DNA from: Nitrosopumilus sp.
GTDB lineage: Archaea > Thermoproteota > Nitrososphaeria > Nitrososphaerales > Nitrosopumilaceae
Length of the DNA stretch: 54,022 bases
Direction: 5' to 3'
Assembly: GCA_046754445.1 (NCBI GenBank)
Contig: JBHHVV010000001.1
Span: 1 to 54,022 of the forward strand
The notes below the pieces were generated by a model. The model was given only the letters and a program-made list of their open reading frames with translations. It was not told the origin of the DNA and ran no database searches. Below, piece by piece: positions 39,054 to 48,739 of the stretch; within the stretch, counting starts at the first letter, position 1; every line of letters starts with the position of its first letter. The translations under genes and the position numbers were made by a program.

Positions 39054-40403
39054 ATGGCAAAATTTTTTGGAACAAATGGAATTCGTGGAGTTTTTGATGA
39101 TGATTTTACTTTGGAATTTGTTCATGACATGACTTTATCCATTGGAACATATTTTGAGAAAGGACCTGTTTTGATTGGTTATGATGGAAGAGAATCAAGT
39201 CCAGTAATTTGTAAAGTTGTTAGTTCGGCTTTAAACTCCATTGGAATTGATTGCAATGTTGCAGGAATTGTTCCTACTCCTTGTCTTGAATTTGCTGTAA
39301 AGACTTTGGGATATTCTGGCGGAATAATGATTACTGCGTCTCATAACCCACCTCAGTATAATGGAATTAAACCTGCTGCAAAAGATGGTGTAGAAATTTC
39401 TCGAGAAGATGAATTAATAATTGAAGATATTTACATGAAAAAAAATTGGATTTCCACTCCTGAAAAATGGGGAACAACAGGTAAAGACGAGAAAACAATT
39501 GAAACATACCTTAAAGGAATAAAGTCTCAAATAGATTCTAAACTTGTAGAATCAAAAAATTTCAAAGTTGTTTTAGATTTAGGAAATGGAGCACAAGCTG
39601 TAACTGCACCAGATTTCTGTAAAGAAATACAATGTCAAACAATTCTTGTCAATCAAAAGATTGATGGTAGATTTCCAGGACGTGGTTCTGAACCAACACC
39701 ACAAAATCTCTCTGAACTCTCACAGACTGTAAGAGATAATGGTGCAGATTTTGGAATTGCATTTGATGGTGATGGTGATAGAAGTATATTCTGTGATAAC
39801 AATGGGGAAATTCTAACAGGAGACAAATCAGCACTAGTATTAACAAGACACATTCTATCAAAAAATCCAAACTCATTAGTGGTAACATGTTTGAACTCAG
39901 GTTCTAACATTGAAGTAATATCTGAGAAATTAAATTCTAAAGTAATTAGAACAAAAGTCGGAAGCGTAGAAGTTTCAAGAAAAATGGTTCCTACTAATGC
40001 ATTAATTGGATTTGAAGAAAATGGCGGGTTCATGTATGGTCCTCATAACCAAGTAAGAGATGGTTGTATGACCTTGGCATTGATGCTTGAACTTTTAGCA
40101 ACTTCAGAAAGATCACTTTCTGATGAGATTTCCGATTTGCCTCCGTCTTTTACCACAAAAGACAAGGTAGAGTGTTCTTCTGAAAAAGTTCCAGAATTAA
40201 TTTCCTCTATAAAAGAAGAATTTCCAAACTCTGATGTTACTGATGGAATCAAAATTTTAATTGATCCCAAAAATTGGGTAATGATCAGACCTAGCGGTAC
40301 AGAACCAATTGTAAGAGTGTATGCAGAAGCTGAAAGTCAAGAAAAATTAGACTCTTTGATGTCAGAATACCTGCAAAAAGTCAAGACAATCATTTCCCGA
40401 TAA
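39054..40403 (+). CDS. glmM: Phosphoglucosamine mutase / phosphomannomutase
   Basis: FGTNGIRG, TASHNP, DGDGDR, GFEENGG, RPSGTEP. Confidence 0.88.
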   Translation: MAKFFGTNGIRGVFDDDFTLEFVHDMTLSIGTYFEKGPVLIGYDGRESSPVICKVVSSALNSIGIDCNVAGIVPTPCLEFAVKTLGYSGGIMITASHNPPQYNGIKPAAKDGVEISREDELIIEDIYMKKNWISTPEKWGTTGKDEKTIETYLKGIKSQIDSKLVESKNFKVVLDLGNGAQAVTAPDFCKEIQCQTILVNQKIDGRFPGRGSEPTPQNLSELSQTVRDNGADFGIAFDGDGDRSIFCDNNGEILTGDKSALVLTRHILSKNPNSLVVTCLNSGSNIEVISEKLNSKVIRTKVGSVEVSRKMVPTNALIGFEENGGFMYGPHNQVRDGCMTLALMLELLATSERSLSDEISDLPPSFTTKDKVECSSEKVPELISSIKEEFPNSDVTDGIKILIDPKNWVMIRPSGTEPIVRVYAEAESQEKLDSLMSEYLQKVKTIISR

Positions 40404-40441
40404 CACTTTTAAAACCAATTGATAGGTTTTAGAGAATGGAG

Positions 40442-40465
40442 AATGAACCCCTAGGGTGACGAAGT
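40442..40465 (+). promoter_or_regulatory. Kink-turn in the rpl7ae 5' UTR overlapping the SD (putative L7Ae autoregulatory site)
   Basis: AAT-GA-ACCC-cta-GGGT-GAC-GA-AGT-ATG: C-stem ACCC/GGGT, 3-nt bulge, tandem G.A/A.G; contains GGTGA. Confidence 0.75.
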
Positions 40466-40852
40466 ATGGGAAAAGCATATTATGTTAAATTCGAGACACC
40501 AGAAGACCTCGTAAATCCAATTTTGGAGGCCGTTAGAGTATCATCTACAAGCGGTAAAGTCAAGAAAGGAACCAATGAGGCCACAAAGGCAATCGAACGT
40601 GGTACTAGTAAATTAATTGTTATTGCTGAAGATGTAGAACCACCAGAGGTTGTAGCACATCTTCCAATTCTATGTGAAGAACAAGGTGCAGCATATGCAT
40701 TTGTACCAAACAAGGAAGAATTAGGCAAATCTTTAGGTATTGATATTACTTCTGCCGCTGCAGCAATTTTGGATGCTGGTGATGCACAACATATTGTAGA
40801 CCAAGTTGTCTCATCAATTGCTAAAATTAAAGGCGGTAAGAGCGAAGAATGA
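40466..40852 (+). CDS. rpl7ae: 50S ribosomal protein L7Ae
   Basis: [31 protein letters not shown]. Confidence 0.97.
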   Translation: MGKAYYVKFETPEDLVNPILEAVRVSSTSGKVKKGTNEATKAIERGTSKLIVIAEDVEPPEVVAHLPILCEEQGAAYAFVPNKEELGKSLGIDITSAAAAILDAGDAQHIVDQVVSSIAKIKGGKSEE

Positions 40853-41061
40853 GTTCTACAACCGAAGAAGTAATTCAATCTGAAATTATTCAAATTGTAG
40901 GAAGAACAGGTATTGCTGGTGAAGTAATTCAAGTTCGCGTTAAAGTTCTAACTGGTAAAGATAAAGGAAGAATTCTTACAAGAAACGTCAAAGGTTCTGT
41001 TAGAATGGGAGAAATTCTCATGCTAAGAGAAACTGAGAGAGAAGCAAAGAAGATCAAATAG
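40849..41061 (+). CDS. rps28e: 30S ribosomal protein S28e
   Basis: [28 protein letters not shown]. Confidence 0.96.
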   Translation: MSSTTEEVIQSEIIQIVGRTGIAGEVIQVRVKVLTGKDKGRILTRNVKGSVRMGEILMLRETEREAKKIK

Positions 41062-41069
41062 GTGAATAT

Positions 41070-41270
41070 ATGAGTCTTTTAGTTAAACCATGTAATTTCT
41101 GTGACCGACCTGTCGCCAAAGGTTCTGGTACAATGCTTGCAAAAAATGATGGAACTGTTCTATGGTTTTGTTCTGCAAAATGTAAAAAGAATGCACTTGT
41201 GTTGAAACGTGATCCAAGAAAATTAAAGTGGACCAAAAAATATGTCAAAGGCGGAATTAGAAAGAAATAG
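41070..41270 (+). CDS. rpl24e: 50S ribosomal protein L24e
   Basis: CNFC..GSG..DG..FCSAKC..RDPRKLKWT. Confidence 0.96.
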   Translation: MSLLVKPCNFCDRPVAKGSGTMLAKNDGTVLWFCSAKCKKNALVLKRDPRKLKWTKKYVKGGIRKK

Positions 41271-41272
41271 AA

Positions 41273-41674
41273 TTGACTGAACAATCTTTATTCATTGTAA
41301 AACCAGATGCAGTATCTCGAAATTTAGTTGGTGAAGTTATTTCAAGATTTGAAAGAAAAGGATTCAAACTTTTGAAACTAAAGATGTTTACATTTACTCA
41401 AGAACAAGCAGAAAATTTCTATGGTGTACATAAAGATAAACCATTCTTTGGTGAATTAACATCATTTATCACATCTGGTCCTGTAGTTGCCGCAATTATT
41501 GAAGGAAACAATGCAATTGCCACTACTAGAATTATGATTGGTGCAACAAAATCATTTGAAGCTACACCTGGTTCTATTAGAGGAGACTTTGGATTGGGAT
41601 TTAGTGAAAATATTATTCACGCATCAGATTCTCAAGAAAGTTTTGATCACGAATCGAGGGTAGCATTTGAGTGA
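41273..41674 (+). CDS. ndk: Nucleoside diphosphate kinase
   Basis: VKPDAV, RFERKG, PGSIRGDF, NIIHASDS. Confidence 0.97.
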   Translation: MTEQSLFIVKPDAVSRNLVGEVISRFERKGFKLLKLKMFTFTQEQAENFYGVHKDKPFFGELTSFITSGPVVAAIIEGNNAIATTRIMIGATKSFEATPGSIRGDFGLGFSENIIHASDSQESFDHESRVAFE

Positions 41675-41680
41675 TCTGAT

Positions 41681-43462
41681 TTGCAAATACGTCAGCCCAT
41701 AGTGGCAGTTCTTGGTCACGTAGACTCTGGAAAAACATCTCTATTAGATAGAATTCGTGGAACAGGTGTTCAAGGTAGAGAGGCAGGAGGAATTACTCAG
41801 CACATTGGTGCAAGCTTTCTTCCATCTGAGACAATCAAAGAGACATGTGGACCACTTTACAAACAACTAGAAAAGTCTGAAAACAAAGTTCCAGGAATTC
41901 TAGTAATTGATACCCCTGGACACGAAGTCTTTACCAACTTACGTTCTAGAGGTGGTTCTGCTGCAGACATTGCAATTTTGGTAGTTGATGTTAATCGTGG
42001 ATTTCAACCACAAACAAATGAAAGTTTGAAAATTTTACAGAGTAGAAAAGTTCCATTTGTAGTTGCTCTGAACAAATGTGATCAAATTTCTGGATGGCGA
42101 AAATCTGAAACTCCATTTATCTCAAAGGCAATCAAAGAACAAGATGCATCAATTCAAGCTGATCTTGATCAAAAAATCTATGATGTTGTAGGTACGCTTT
42201 CTATCTTGGGATATCAATCAGAAGCATTTTATCGCGTAAAGGACTTTAAATCAGAAATTGCTATAGTTCCAATTTCTGCTCGTTCTGGAGTTGGAATTCC
42301 CGAATTGCTTAGTGTCTTGGTTGGATTAACACAACAATATTTGCAAAAAAGACTAAATCAAGAAGAAAAAGATCCTCGTGGAATTGTTTTAGAAGTAAAT
42401 GATGAAGTAGGATTAGGGCAGACTGCAAATATTATTCTAATTGATGGAACTATTAAAAAAGAAAATAGCATAGTAGTTGCAAAAAGGGATTCTGTTATTA
42501 TTACAAAACCCAAAGCAATCCTGTTACCTAAACCACTTGATGAAATGCGGGATCCTAGAGATAAATTCAAACCAGTTGCTCAAGTAGATGCAGCTGCAGG
42601 ACTAAAAATCGCATCTCCTGAATTAGAGGGAGTTCTTCCTGGAAGTACACTTTATGTTGCCACAAATGAAGAAGAGATTGAAAAATACACTAAGCAAATT
42701 GAATCTGAGATGAAATCAGTATTTATTGATACTGAAACAAATGGAATTATCCTAAAATGTGATACAATAGGCTCACTTGAGGCAATAGTTGAGATGCTTA
42801 GACGCTCACAAGTTCCTGTAGCTAAAGCCGATATTGGTCCTGTAAATAGACGAGATATCATGGAGGCAAAAGCTGTAAAAGAAAATGATAGACACTTGGG
42901 AATTATTTTAGCATTTAATGTCAAAATTTTACCTGATGCAAAAGAAGAATCAGAAACTAGTCACATCAAAGTTTTTGAAGATAAAGTAATCTACAGTTTA
43001 ATTGATAACTATAATGCATGGGTTGAAGAAGATACTGCACATGAAGAAGATGCAATATTTTCAGAACTAACCCCTGTTTCAAAATTTACATTCCTCAAAG
43101 GAATGGTATTTCGCAATAATAATCCTGCAGTGTTTGGAATTCGCATAGATGTTGGAAATCTAAAACATAAAATTCCGTTTATGAATATGTCTGGACGTAA
43201 AGTAGGCACAATTCACCAACTTCAGCTTGACAAAAAAACAGTTTCTTCTGCAAAAGCAGGAGATGAAGTTGCTTGCTCTGTAAATGACGTAACTATTGGA
43301 AGACAAATCTTTGAGGAAGAAGTATACTATACGTTTCCACCATCACATGAAGCAAAACAACTTCTAAACAAATTCATGCATAAACTAAGTCCGGAAGAAC
43401 AAGAAGTTCTAAATGATATTGTTAGAATTCAGAGAGAAAAAGAACCCATTTACGGCTATTAG
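41681..43462 (+). CDS. infB: Translation initiation factor aIF5B (IF-2)
   Basis: LGHVDSGKT, EAGGITQHIGA, DTPGHE, NKCD. Confidence 0.97.
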   Translation: MQIRQPIVAVLGHVDSGKTSLLDRIRGTGVQGREAGGITQHIGASFLPSETIKETCGPLYKQLEKSENKVPGILVIDTPGHEVFTNLRSRGGSAADIAILVVDVNRGFQPQTNESLKILQSRKVPFVVALNKCDQISGWRKSETPFISKAIKEQDASIQADLDQKIYDVVGTLSILGYQSEAFYRVKDFKSEIAIVPISARSGVGIPELLSVLVGLTQQYLQKRLNQEEKDPRGIVLEVNDEVGLGQTANIILIDGTIKKENSIVVAKRDSVIITKPKAILLPKPLDEMRDPRDKFKPVAQVDAAAGLKIASPELEGVLPGSTLYVATNEEEIEKYTKQIESEMKSVFIDTETNGIILKCDTIGSLEAIVEMLRRSQVPVAKADIGPVNRRDIMEAKAVKENDRHLGIILAFNVKILPDAKEESETSHIKVFEDKVIYSLIDNYNAWVEEDTAHEEDAIFSELTPVSKFTFLKGMVFRNNNPAVFGIRIDVGNLKHKIPFMNMSGRKVGTIHQLQLDKKTVSSAKAGDEVACSVNDVTIGRQIFEEEVYYTFPPSHEAKQLLNKFMHKLSPEEQEVLNDIVRIQREKEPIYGY

Positions 43463-43860
43463 CTAGAATGTTTTTTGCAGATCATATGAATTCCAGGAGC
43501 TCCTACTGCTCCCATCATTTTATCAACGATTTGTCCTGACTTGAACATGATAAATGTTGGAATGGATTGTACTGCAAACTTCATTGCGATGTTCTGATTT
43601 TGGTCAACATTAACTCTCGCAAATTTTACATTTGGATATTTCTTTGATAAGCTCTCAAAAACGGGATGCATTGACTTACATGGACCACACCACTCTGCCC
43701 AGAAATCTACTAGTGTTGGATTCTCAGCAGATATTATTTGGTCAAAATTTGAACCATTCAAATCAATAATTCCCGGCTCAATTTTTGGCTCATTTTTTTG
43801 ATTTAGCATCTCATTTAGCTTTTTCTGCATTATTTTTGCAATTTCTGGGTCTTCTGACAA
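43459..43860 (-). CDS. trxA: Thioredoxin with N-terminal helical extension
   Basis: VDFWAEWCGPC; TTG 43860 is the likely start (MSEDPEIAKIMQKKL). Confidence 0.92.
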   Translation of the reverse strand: MSEDPEIAKIMQKKLNEMLNQKNEPKIEPGIIDLNGSNFDQIISAENPTLVDFWAEWCGPCKSMHPVFESLSKKYPNVKFARVNVDQNQNIAMKFAVQSIPTFIMFKSGQIVDKMMGAVGAPGIHMICKKHSS

Positions 43861-43964
43861 TAGATTACAAAAATTCACTCTACTAAAAAATCCTGCCTAA
43901 TTCAATGTTGGCACTATGTAAAATATTCTTTTTTGGTTATATATGAAAAAACCATTTTCTTGAT

Positions 43965-44087
43965 ATGAAACGTACTTGTAGAGAATGCAAAAAAGAATTT
44001 GAGAACCGGTTTAGTGATTTTTGTTCATCTGAATGTTATTTGAAAAACATTGAAGAATTATGCAAAACATTGCCAGAGACGAGTTAG
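43965..44087 (+). CDS. Zinc-finger micro-protein (40 aa; CxxC...FCSxxC)
   Basis: Hand-translated: MKRTCRECKKEFENRFSDFCSSECYLKNIEELCKTLPETS; TTATATA box ~25 nt upstream. Confidence 0.68.
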   Translation: MKRTCRECKKEFENRFSDFCSSECYLKNIEELCKTLPETS

Positions 44088-44093
44088 TTAATA

Positions 44094-44240
44094 CTACTCA
44101 TCTTCTGATTTTACTGGAATTGCTTCAAACCTTCGTGATTTACAAATGGGACACTGATCAATGTATTTTGTAAAGCTGACTGAAGTATATGCAACTCCAC
44201 AGTCACCACAAATTCTAAGATTTCTACTCAGTTTTCCCAT
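44094..44240 (-). CDS. Zinc-ribbon micro-protein (48 aa; CxxC-x15-CPxC)
   Basis: Hand-translated: MGKLSRNLRICGDCGVAYTSVSFTKYIDQCPICKSRRFEAIPVKSEDE. Confidence 0.68.
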   Translation of the reverse strand: MGKLSRNLRICGDCGVAYTSVSFTKYIDQCPICKSRRFEAIPVKSEDE

Positions 44241-44287
44241 GTTGATTCTGATAAATTGTTGTGATTAAAACTTAACTTTTTATTTTG

Positions 44288-46027
44288 TTACCAAAATTGC
44301 CACCATGGCTTTACTTTTGGTTTTTCAACAATAGTACATAATCCATCAATTAATTTTGTTCCAGGACCACAAATTCCAAATTTTTTCTCTTTAACTTTAG
44401 GTTCTTCCAATCCCACTGCCTGATAAATTGAATCATATTCAGAATGATTCTCATCAAACCATTTTTTGTATGTAATTTCATTGTTGTATCTGTCAACATA
44501 ACTCTGTGGATCTTTTGTCTCATCTACAAATGAAGCTGGAATCTGTAATGGTTCTTCCAATCCCACTGCCTGATAAATTGAATCATATTCAGAATGATTC
44601 TCATCAAACCATTTTTTGTATGTAATTTCATTGTTGTATCTGTCAACATAACTCTGTGGATCTTTTGTCTCATCTACAAATGAAGCTGGAATCTGTAATT
44701 CTTGTGGTTTGGTGACCTGTTCAGAAATTTTTTTAGTTTCTGAATTACCTTCGATATCATTTACAGAGATCGTTATTGTTTCTCTATCAGAGAGTCCATC
44801 TTTTTTTGCCACTACATCAAATGTGTAAGTCTTTTCACCATCAGAAGAAGATGGTGTCCATGAAAACATGCCTGTGTTTGATATGATTTTTGCACCTGTA
44901 GGTGAATTTTTCCCCAAACTAAACACAACATTTTGAACTGATTTATCTACAAGTTTTACTGAAAATGACAGTACCTTCCCTTCATCTATTGTTAGTTTTC
45001 CAATTGGACTAATTTGGATATTTGTTGATTTTGGAGTGGCAGAAAATTCATTTGATGGATCACTAATTCCTGCATTATTAATTGCTGAAACTTTGTAAGT
45101 GTACTTGGAATTTGTAATTAGATTTTTATGAGAAAATGTTGTTGTATTACTTTCTAAATTTTCTAACGTAGTAAATGCATTATTATCTTTTTTTACTTCA
45201 ATTTTGTAACCTGTAATTGGTGTATTTCCATCTTCTACTGGAGGGCTCCATGATAAATTAATTTGAGTTGATGAAACAACTGATGCAGTTAGTTTTATTG
45301 GTGGTGAAGAAACTGTCACTTGAACTGCAGTTGATGTAATTGGATCCTGTGTTATGTCTACTGAATCTTCTCTAGGAGTTGCAGATGCTGTGTTTGATTC
45401 TTGTGTATATCCAAATCCAATCTTTGCACTTACTGCGTATGTGTAAGTCTTGTCTTGTGATAAATTGCTAACAATGAATGAATTAGTTTTTCCATTTGTG
45501 TCTCCTACATCATCATACACTCCTGGAATAATTTCTCGTTTTATCTTGTAACCATCAATTGTTTGTCCAAAAGTTTCTGATGGGGGTAACCAAGAAAGTT
45601 TTATTTGGCTGGGTGTGATTGCTGTAGCAGCTAATGCTGCAGGAGTTGTAGTATGTTCAGGTTTTACAGAAACAGTTGATGATGAAATACTAGTTCCTTC
45701 TGAATTAACTGAGTAAATACGATAAAAATAAACTTCAGAATCTAATCCTTGATGAATAAATGATGTAGCTGTACTTTGGGTATTTGGTGTGATTTCAATA
45801 AAATCACCCGAACCTATTTTGTATTCAATTTTGTAACCTGTAATTGTAGGTATATTTTCTTCCATTTCAGGCTCATTCCATATGATTATTGCTGAAGTTG
45901 GTGAAATTGGAAATGCCTTTAGATTTTCTGGCTTGTCTGGAATAAGGGCTGGGGGTTCTGCATATGCGCTATGAATAGATACAATACATAACAAAAATAA
46001 GACACTAAAAATTAATTTGTTTTCCAA
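44288..46027 (-). CDS. Secreted protein: 3x fibronectin type III, cadherin/Ig-like domain, 2x 50-aa repeat, C-terminal KPWWQFW
   Basis: Signal peptide; W..P..ITGYKIE..YTY.VSA FN3 units; MFSWTPS Ig/cadherin-like unit. Confidence 0.88.
   Translation of the reverse strand: MENKLIFSVLFLLCIVSIHSAYAEPPALIPDKPENLKAFPISPTSAIIIWNEPEMEENIPTITGYKIEYKIGSGDFIEITPNTQSTATSFIHQGLDSEVYFYRIYSVNSEGTSISSSTVSVKPEHTTTPAALAATAITPSQIKLSWLPPSETFGQTIDGYKIKREIIPGVYDDVGDTNGKTNSFIVSNLSQDKTYTYAVSAKIGFGYTQESNTASATPREDSVDITQDPITSTAVQVTVSSPPIKLTASVVSSTQINLSWSPPVEDGNTPITGYKIEVKKDNNAFTTLENLESNTTTFSHKNLITNSKYTYKVSAINNAGISDPSNEFSATPKSTNIQISPIGKLTIDEGKVLSFSVKLVDKSVQNVVFSLGKNSPTGAKIISNTGMFSWTPSSSDGEKTYTFDVVAKKDGLSDRETITISVNDIEGNSETKKISEQVTKPQELQIPASFVDETKDPQSYVDRYNNEITYKKWFDENHSEYDSIYQAVGLEEPLQIPASFVDETKDPQSYVDRYNNEITYKKWFDENHSEYDSIYQAVGLEEPKVKEKKFGICGPGTKLIDGLCTIVEKPKVKPWWQFW
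44400..44699. repeat. Two perfect tandem 150-bp units (LQIPASFVDETKDPQSYVDRYNNEITYKKWFDENHSEYDSIYQAVGLEEP)
   Basis: 44400-44549 reads identical to 44550-44699. Confidence 0.93.
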
Positions 46028-46123
46028 GTTACAATTATTTCCTTAAACTAAAATTTAATAAATCAAATAATAAATTTCACTACCCATTTGATCAATTGAG
46101 GTTTACAATTTTTCTGGTTTTTT

Positions 46124-47743
46124 CTAAATTTTGATGTATTTTCTTGTTTTGAAAATAATAATTATTGGAGCTGCAAAATACATTCCTACATTCATCAAAA
46201 TTATGCCTATTCCAATTCCTAAGACATCTGATTCAGAATCGGCATATGATAATAATGATAATGATGATAATAATGGAGTAATCCCAATCTTTACTACTTC
46301 TTTGAATATTGGATTTTCTCTTTCCATATCTGCAATGTATGGGGAGAACGAATAGTAGAACTGATTAAATCCTGTCATAAATGATACTCCTGAATTAGTA
46401 TTCATCAGCTTATTGTCTCGAATCTCTCTGAGGAATTGAACTTGTGGTGCCATCTCAGAACCATATGTGGCAGTTGCAATTAGGCATCCCCCACCCTCTG
46501 AATTTTCAATTATTACACACATTCCATTCACCAAATCTGTTCCTTCTCCACATTCACCAAATTCAGGTTCTTCAATATCTTGTTCTTCTACTCCTACTGC
46601 CTCGTAAATTGTTATATCTGGATATGTTTTATCAAACCAATCCTTGTATGTAATTTCATTATTGTATCTGTCAATGTAGTATTGCGGATCAATATTTGGA
46701 TCAACGAATGCTGCTAATATTTTAGGCTCTTCTAATCCAACTGCCTGATAAATTGAATCATATTCAGAATGATTCTCATCAAACCATTTTTTGTATGTAA
46801 TTTCATTGTTGTATCTGTCAACATAACTCTGTGGATCTTTTGTCTCATCTACAAATGAAGCTGGAATCTGTAATGGTTCTTCCAATCCCACTGCCTGATA
46901 AATTGAATCATATTCAGAATGATTCTCATCAAACCATTTTTTGTATGTAATTTCATTGTTGTATCTGTCAACATAACTCTGTGGATCTTTTGTCTCATCT
47001 ACAAATGAAGCTGGAATCTGTAATTCTTGTGGTTCGGTGACTGGCTCTGGCTCAGGTTCCGGTGATTTTTGTATTGGTTCAGGTTCAACATATGCTTGCT
47101 TTACTGTAATTGTTATTTTCTCTTTATCTTCTTGATTTCCATTATTTGCAACAATGTAAAAAGTATAAAATACATCTTGAATATTTCCCTGAGATTTTGA
47201 TGGTGTCCAAACAAATTTCCCTGTATCTGCATCTATCGTTGCCCCTGTTGGTTCATTTTCTAAACTATAAACCACATTTGTAATTGAACTATCAGACACA
47301 CTAGCTGTAAACGAAACTGTGTTTTCTACTTCAACAATTTTATCTGAAATTGAATTAAGTTGTAATGTAAAGCCTGCTATTTCCATGACTCTAGTTCCAT
47401 CAAACTGAATAGATATAGTTGTACCATTTTCTATTTTATTCACAAATGCTGTTGCATTATAAGTTCCAATTACTGAAAAAATATTTTCTACTGATTGTGG
47501 AATAGTTTCAAATATTCCATCAGGATCTGAAAATCCTCCAAGTAATTTTGTACTTCCAGTAGGATCTTTTACAACAACATTTACTAAAACACTACCTTCA
47601 TCTTCCGCCCCTAAAAATGATATTTTCTCATTAATCGTGTAGAAGCTTTTCCCCATTGCAATTTCTGTAACCTCTGCGTATACTGGATTAATCAAAATCA
47701 AAAATAATGAAAATATGGCAAATCCTGTTAACTCTTTACGCAT
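46124..47743 (-). CDS. Secreted cell-surface protein with cadherin/Ig-like domain, 3x ~50-aa repeat and CFI-box-CTERM domain
   Basis: Signal peptide; KFVWTPS unit; GGGCLIATATYGSEMAPQVQFLREIRDN...FYYSFSP; C-terminal TM. Confidence 0.9.
   Translation of the reverse strand: MRKELTGFAIFSLFLILINPVYAEVTEIAMGKSFYTINEKISFLGAEDEGSVLVNVVVKDPTGSTKLLGGFSDPDGIFETIPQSVENIFSVIGTYNATAFVNKIENGTTISIQFDGTRVMEIAGFTLQLNSISDKIVEVENTVSFTASVSDSSITNVVYSLENEPTGATIDADTGKFVWTPSKSQGNIQDVFYTFYIVANNGNQEDKEKITITVKQAYVEPEPIQKSPEPEPEPVTEPQELQIPASFVDETKDPQSYVDRYNNEITYKKWFDENHSEYDSIYQAVGLEEPLQIPASFVDETKDPQSYVDRYNNEITYKKWFDENHSEYDSIYQAVGLEEPKILAAFVDPNIDPQYYIDRYNNEITYKDWFDKTYPDITIYEAVGVEEQDIEEPEFGECGEGTDLVNGMCVIIENSEGGGCLIATATYGSEMAPQVQFLREIRDNKLMNTNSGVSFMTGFNQFYYSFSPYIADMERENPIFKEVVKIGITPLLSSLSLLSYADSESDVLGIGIGIILMNVGMYFAAPIIIIFKTRKYIKI
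46725..47024. repeat. Two tandem 150-bp units matching those at 44400-44699, plus a diverged third unit at about 46580-46724
   Basis: 46740-47034 reads identical to 44415-44709 (offset 2325). Confidence 0.93.
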
Positions 47744-47822
47744 AATACTGTTTTTTAGAGTTCATTTTTTAAAAAACACGTATAATTTCTTCTTGTTTCT
47801 TGCAAAGAAATCTTCACAACAT

Positions 47823-48239
47823 TTACAAATCTAATAAGAATTTCATATAGACTTGATCATTGGTCTTGATTTCCATATCGTAAAATGTAGGTGCCTTTAT
47901 CTCAACTTTGAAATTATGTTTGTGTACATCTAATGTTTCTCCAAATGCTGTTGCATTAATTGTAAAACCTTCATTTTCTATGATGTCAAACTCTATTCTT
48001 CTTATTGCAAACCCTTCTGTGATTAGAAGAAATGGGATCTCTTCCAACCAACTAAATAGAAGATAACGTAGATCTTTTCCTCTGGCCGAGAATTTCTTTT
48101 GGTCTTTTTCTTCTACTTTATCTTGATCAAGTGTAAGATTAATTTCTGCATCAGCTGCTACTGCAAATGCTTCTTTGATGTCTTTTGCAGTAATTTCGAT
48201 TATTGCATCCGTTGCATGATCTAAAAACTTGTAACTCAA
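47823..48239 (-). CDS. Archease
   Basis: YKFLDHATDAII, EIKAPTFYDM, LLDL C-terminus. Confidence 0.93.
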   Translation of the reverse strand: MSYKFLDHATDAIIEITAKDIKEAFAVAADAEINLTLDQDKVEEKDQKKFSARGKDLRYLLFSWLEEIPFLLITEGFAIRRIEFDIIENEGFTINATAFGETLDVHKHNFKVEIKAPTFYDMEIKTNDQVYMKFLLDL

Positions 48240-48281
48240 TTGTTAATTTTGAAATCTATCTGATTATTAATCTAGGTGGTA

Positions 48282-48647
48282 TTATTCTGCTTTTTCATCC
48301 ATCTCGATTATTCCAAACATATTTCCTTCAGTATCAGTACATTGTGCAAACCATCCAACTTTTGGAATTGCCATTTTTGGAATAATTATCTGTCCACCTT
48401 TTTGTACAATTTTGTTTGCATATTCATCAAGTGATGAAACATCAATAGTGTTTGACATTCCTATTTGTCCTGCCATCCTCTTTGACAACCCTCCGTTAAT
48501 TCCAGGTTCTTCTGTTCCAGTAGTCACCATCCAATAATCCATTGGACCATCCCATTTCTCAAATTCCCAATCAAATACTTCTTGATAGAATTTTTGTGCC
48601 CTTTCAATATCATCAACTGGAATGTCAAAATGAGAAACTCTTGGCAT
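48282..48647 (-). CDS. VOC/glyoxalase family protein
   Basis: HFDIPVDDIERAQKFY..VFDW, GINGGL, GWFAQCTDTEGNMFG. Confidence 0.92.
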   Translation of the reverse strand: MPRVSHFDIPVDDIERAQKFYQEVFDWEFEKWDGPMDYWMVTTGTEEPGINGGLSKRMAGQIGMSNTIDVSSLDEYANKIVQKGGQIIIPKMAIPKVGWFAQCTDTEGNMFGIIEMDEKAE

Positions 48648-48739
48648 AATTACATATCTCTACAAATTATTTAAAAATGTGTTTTTCATTTGAAAGAACT
48701 TTCAGAATTTTAAAATTAGATGTTATAGGAATTGATTCT

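Noticed and set aside
44400-47034. 150-bp repeats as a CRISPR array or DGR template/variable repeat
   Set aside because: In-frame coding units with no spacers; no adenine-specific mismatches and no reverse transcriptase or cas gene in the window
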